A stretch of DNA of 58,730 nt from sequence record SRR20825019_449. One strand, 5' to 3'. Made by a program: the position numbers and the translations under genes. The notes under the pieces are model-generated. The model was not told the DNA's origin. It searched no databases and saw only the letters and a list, made by a program, of their open reading frames with translations. Below, piece after piece: positions 55,938-58,730 of the stretch (its first letter is position 1; each line of letters starts with the position of its first letter).

Positions 55938-58316
55938 ATGTCCTTCTTTAAAATACTCGTAGCGACTGCGTCACTTATAACTGCGCTCTCATCAATCGCC
56001 AGTGCGCAGGAAAGCCGCGTAACTGGCCGCATCATAAATACAGAAACAAAACGCCCCACAGCCGGCGCCGTTGTCACGGTGACCGACAGACAGGAAAATG
56101 TCATCGCAACCTCAGTTGCCGATGAGCAAGGCAATTTCCATATTGGAATAAACCATACTGGCTCTGTCTCACTGACGGTAACGGCAGACAGCTTTCAATC
56201 CGCACGTGAACACAATGTTCAACTGTTTGAAGATAAAGGTGTTATTGTTGATTTCGCCTTGCGACCCACAAACGACATCGAAGAAATTAATGTTATCGGT
56301 AACTCCATCACAACTTCACGGCAAGGGTCTATCACTAGCCGCATTTTAAGCCGCGAAGAAATCCGCCGAGCCCCTGGAACCGCTGGGGATATTTTCAGGG
56401 GCCTGAATGCTCTGCCCGGGGTGGTTGCAACAGGCGCCTATTCAAGCTTCGCGGTTCGAGGTCGAGGCCCCAGGGATAATATCATCCTTGTCGATGATAT
56501 TCCGTTTGGGCGCACCACGCACTTTGACAACGCGATCGGGGAAGAAGACGAAGTGGCCAATGGCGGACGCTACTCCATTTTTGGACAGAATGTTGTTGGA
56601 CAGGCAGAGTTCAAGCCCGGTGGCTGGGAAGCTGCATACGGGGGTGCGAATGGGTCACTACTGAAGTTGCAACTGGCCGAAGGCAACAGAGACACCCCCT
56701 TCATCAGCGGAAAGGTCGACCTTGCTGGCGGTGAGTTTCTCTATGATGGCCCCAGTGGATTTCATGAGAACACAAGCATGCTGGTATCCATGCGATATTA
56801 CGACTTTGGCCCCCTGCTAGATCTAATTGACAGCAAGGATGTTGGCCGCCCAGTTATGGGGGATTTTCTTTTTAAATCTGTTACCCGTATCGACCCAGAT
56901 ACTAAACTCAAGGTCATGGGCCTATACACACCGGAGAAAAACACACGGGACATCAGCCATGTCTTGGCCGCTGAAGAATCCCCTGATTATATGTTATTTG
57001 AGAGCAAACAAAGCGCTGGCGCGCTGGGCGCAACACTCGAAAAACTGGTCGGTGATACCGGCGAATGGCGCAACACGCTGTATTACCGGTTTGGCGACGA
57101 AAATACATATCAAGGAGAAGCCTTCCCAGATCTCAGTGACACTCCAACCGTGGCTGAAAGCATTATGCAAGAGGAACGCATTCTTTCCCTAAAGGAGAAC
57201 GAGAAAGAGTTCGGATGGCGCAGCGACTATTCCCAGGATAATCGCTTTGGCCGCTTTCAGGCCGGGCTGCGCCTCACACACCTGTCCACTGACTATCGTC
57301 AAAGCCTGAGCAGGGACTATGCACAGTTTGTGTATGATAGCGATGATTACCGTCCATCTGCAGGCCAAAACTATATTTTGCTGACACCCGAGTTATATGA
57401 TTCTGCATTCAATCACAACGGTATCCGGGCCGCAGCCTATCTCGACCAGTCTTTTGACTTCGACACGCTTACGATCACACCAGGCGTCCGAGTTGAGTAT
57501 GACGACTTGTTGTCGAAGACCATGGTCTCACCGCGATTGCAACTGGACTGGCAAGTCAATGAACGTGCCCGCCTCAGTATAACCAGTGGCTTCTACTATC
57601 AACCACCCAGTTTGCTTGAAATCGCTGCCCATCCAGAAAACCAAAACCTAGAGCACGAGAGAATAATACAAGCTAGTGTCGGGCTGGGCTATTATCTGGG
57701 CAACAATTATTCGATGCAGATTGAAACCTACTACCAGGATATGAATAAGCTCATTCCAGATGGGGACCGAGTGACCGGTATCCTATCCAACAGCGGCAAG
57801 GGTTGGTCTGCTGGTTTTGATTGGATCGTGAGGAAAGACTTTTCCAACCGCTGGTCGGCCTCAGCTCGGTACAGCTATAATAAAACCAGGATCGATGATG
57901 GCGATGGCAACGGGTATCATCCTTCAAAATTTCACAGACCTCACTTGGGTAACGTCACCATCAATTATGAACTGAACGATAATTGGTCGTTTGGACTCCA
58001 ATATCAGATGGCTTCAGGCCGACCGAGTGAAGCCTATATTATCCATGAAAATGTAATCCCAGAGGCAGGCCTACTGCGCTATTCACGCGAGATTACAGAC
58101 CCATATTTTGGACGTCATTCCTCTTTTTCCACCCTTAATTTTCGGATGGATTACCAAACCCAGATTGGCGGCGTTCGCATGAAGGCCTTCATTGATATCG
58201 TTAATGCGTTGAACAGAAGCAATATTGACGAAATCCACTTTAGCGACATTGATGGCACTATTGAAAGTGAGGGGATGGGCATTATTCCGCAATTTGGTGT
58301 CTCATTTGAATTTTAA
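55938..58316 (+). CDS. TonB-dependent receptor with N-terminal carboxypeptidase-regulatory-like domain
   Basis: VTGRII...GAVVTV...DEQGNF, PGTAGDIFRGLNALPGV, SPRL, terminal FEF. Confidence 0.88.
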   Translation: MSFFKILVATASLITALSSIASAQESRVTGRIINTETKRPTAGAVVTVTDRQENVIATSVADEQGNFHIGINHTGSVSLTVTADSFQSAREHNVQLFEDKGVIVDFALRPTNDIEEINVIGNSITTSRQGSITSRILSREEIRRAPGTAGDIFRGLNALPGVVATGAYSSFAVRGRGPRDNIILVDDIPFGRTTHFDNAIGEEDEVANGGRYSIFGQNVVGQAEFKPGGWEAAYGGANGSLLKLQLAEGNRDTPFISGKVDLAGGEFLYDGPSGFHENTSMLVSMRYYDFGPLLDLIDSKDVGRPVMGDFLFKSVTRIDPDTKLKVMGLYTPEKNTRDISHVLAAEESPDYMLFESKQSAGALGATLEKLVGDTGEWRNTLYYRFGDENTYQGEAFPDLSDTPTVAESIMQEERILSLKENEKEFGWRSDYSQDNRFGRFQAGLRLTHLSTDYRQSLSRDYAQFVYDSDDYRPSAGQNYILLTPELYDSAFNHNGIRAAAYLDQSFDFDTLTITPGVRVEYDDLLSKTMVSPRLQLDWQVNERARLSITSGFYYQPPSLLEIAAHPENQNLEHERIIQASVGLGYYLGNNYSMQIETYYQDMNKLIPDGDRVTGILSNSGKGWSAGFDWIVRKDFSNRWSASARYSYNKTRIDDGDGNGYHPSKFHRPHLGNVTINYELNDNWSFGLQYQMASGRPSEAYIIHENVIPEAGLLRYSREITDPYFGRHSSFSTLNFRMDYQTQIGGVRMKAFIDIVNALNRSNIDEIHFSDIDGTIESEGMGIIPQFGVSFEF

Positions 58317-58322
58317 TGTTCT

Positions 58323-58352
58323 AGCGGGCGGCGGCAGCCGTTGTCGCCCGCT
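58323..58352 (+). terminator. Hairpin after the receptor gene
   Basis: AGCGGGCGGCGGC-AGCC-GTTGTCGCCCGCT (with G-U pairs). Confidence 0.5.
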
Positions 58353-58358
58353 CTTCGC

Positions 58359-58730
58359 CTAGGGTCTGGACTCAATTGCACCGGCATTTGATCGCTAAAA
58401 GAAATAGCAGATTGAGGAACCCCTTTTTAACCCAGCCGCTGCGCGGCAAACCTTAATGATTGAGCCATCAATGAAGACAAGGGCACGTTGGGCTCTTGTA
58501 TCAGGCATGGAATATACCCTTCCAGACACCTCTCCCACGCCACCGGACGTAACAATTATAAACCGTAGTCGATGGCCCATACCGTTCGGACAGATCACAC
58601 CATGGTGCGCCCGTTCGTAAAATATAGAAAAGGCCGTTCAGAATGACCCTGTCACCGCGCCAGACTGCACCACGACCATTCCTTGGCAAGAGCAGCTCAA
58701 CGGTAATACCCCCAATAAATAGTGGTACTC
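58359..58730 (-). mobile_element. Decayed IS5-family element (transposase pseudogene)
   Basis: DRVILNGLFYILRTGAPW.DL.ERYG..TTVYN.Y.RW...GVW, then in another frame IDGSIIKV..AAAG; IS-end-like CTAGGGTCTGGACTCA at 58359. Confidence 0.8.

Overview
Alphaproteobacterial chromosomal window, possibly Kordiimonas-like (inferred from gene style only). About 1-24.8 kb is mostly core genes: partial tRNA-Arg, rpmH-rnpA-yidD-yidC-engB, an ECF42/YciI pair, a tandem FKBP, cysE-cysK, a PlsC-type acyltransferase, a PilZ protein and an ECF41/CMD/MFS operon. Three items stand out. (1) 27.6-40.3 kb is a self-contained cell-surface-signalling locus (ECF sigma, FecR, STN-type TonB receptor). Its four transcription units each carry a TGGAGG(T/G)-N16-CGTT promoter-like motif. 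It encodes a CDP-inositol pathway (MIPS, IPCT-like cytidylyltransferase, CDP-alcohol phosphotransferase) plus a Wzx-type flippase, an MMPL exporter and a secreted lipocalin-like protein, making it a candidate signal-induced inositol-lipid/glycoconjugate synthesis and export system. (2) An unannotated minus-strand unit of about 350 nt (about 21208-20860) has textbook sigma54 architecture (two TGT-N10-ACA palindromes, an IHF site, a perfect -24/-12), A-rich Hfq-type motifs, a 39-codon ORF with a strong RBS and an intrinsic terminator. It is a candidate CrcZ-like or dual-function sRNA. (3) 40.4-58.7 kb is a more AT-rich accessory block (QseBC-like TCS, membrane LytTR, hydrolase, RND pump, TonB receptors, AlgE-like porin) with a recurring TT(A/C)AG-N6-TT(A/C)AG box, ending in a decayed IS5-family element. 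All calls come from motif recognition by eye; no database searches were run.
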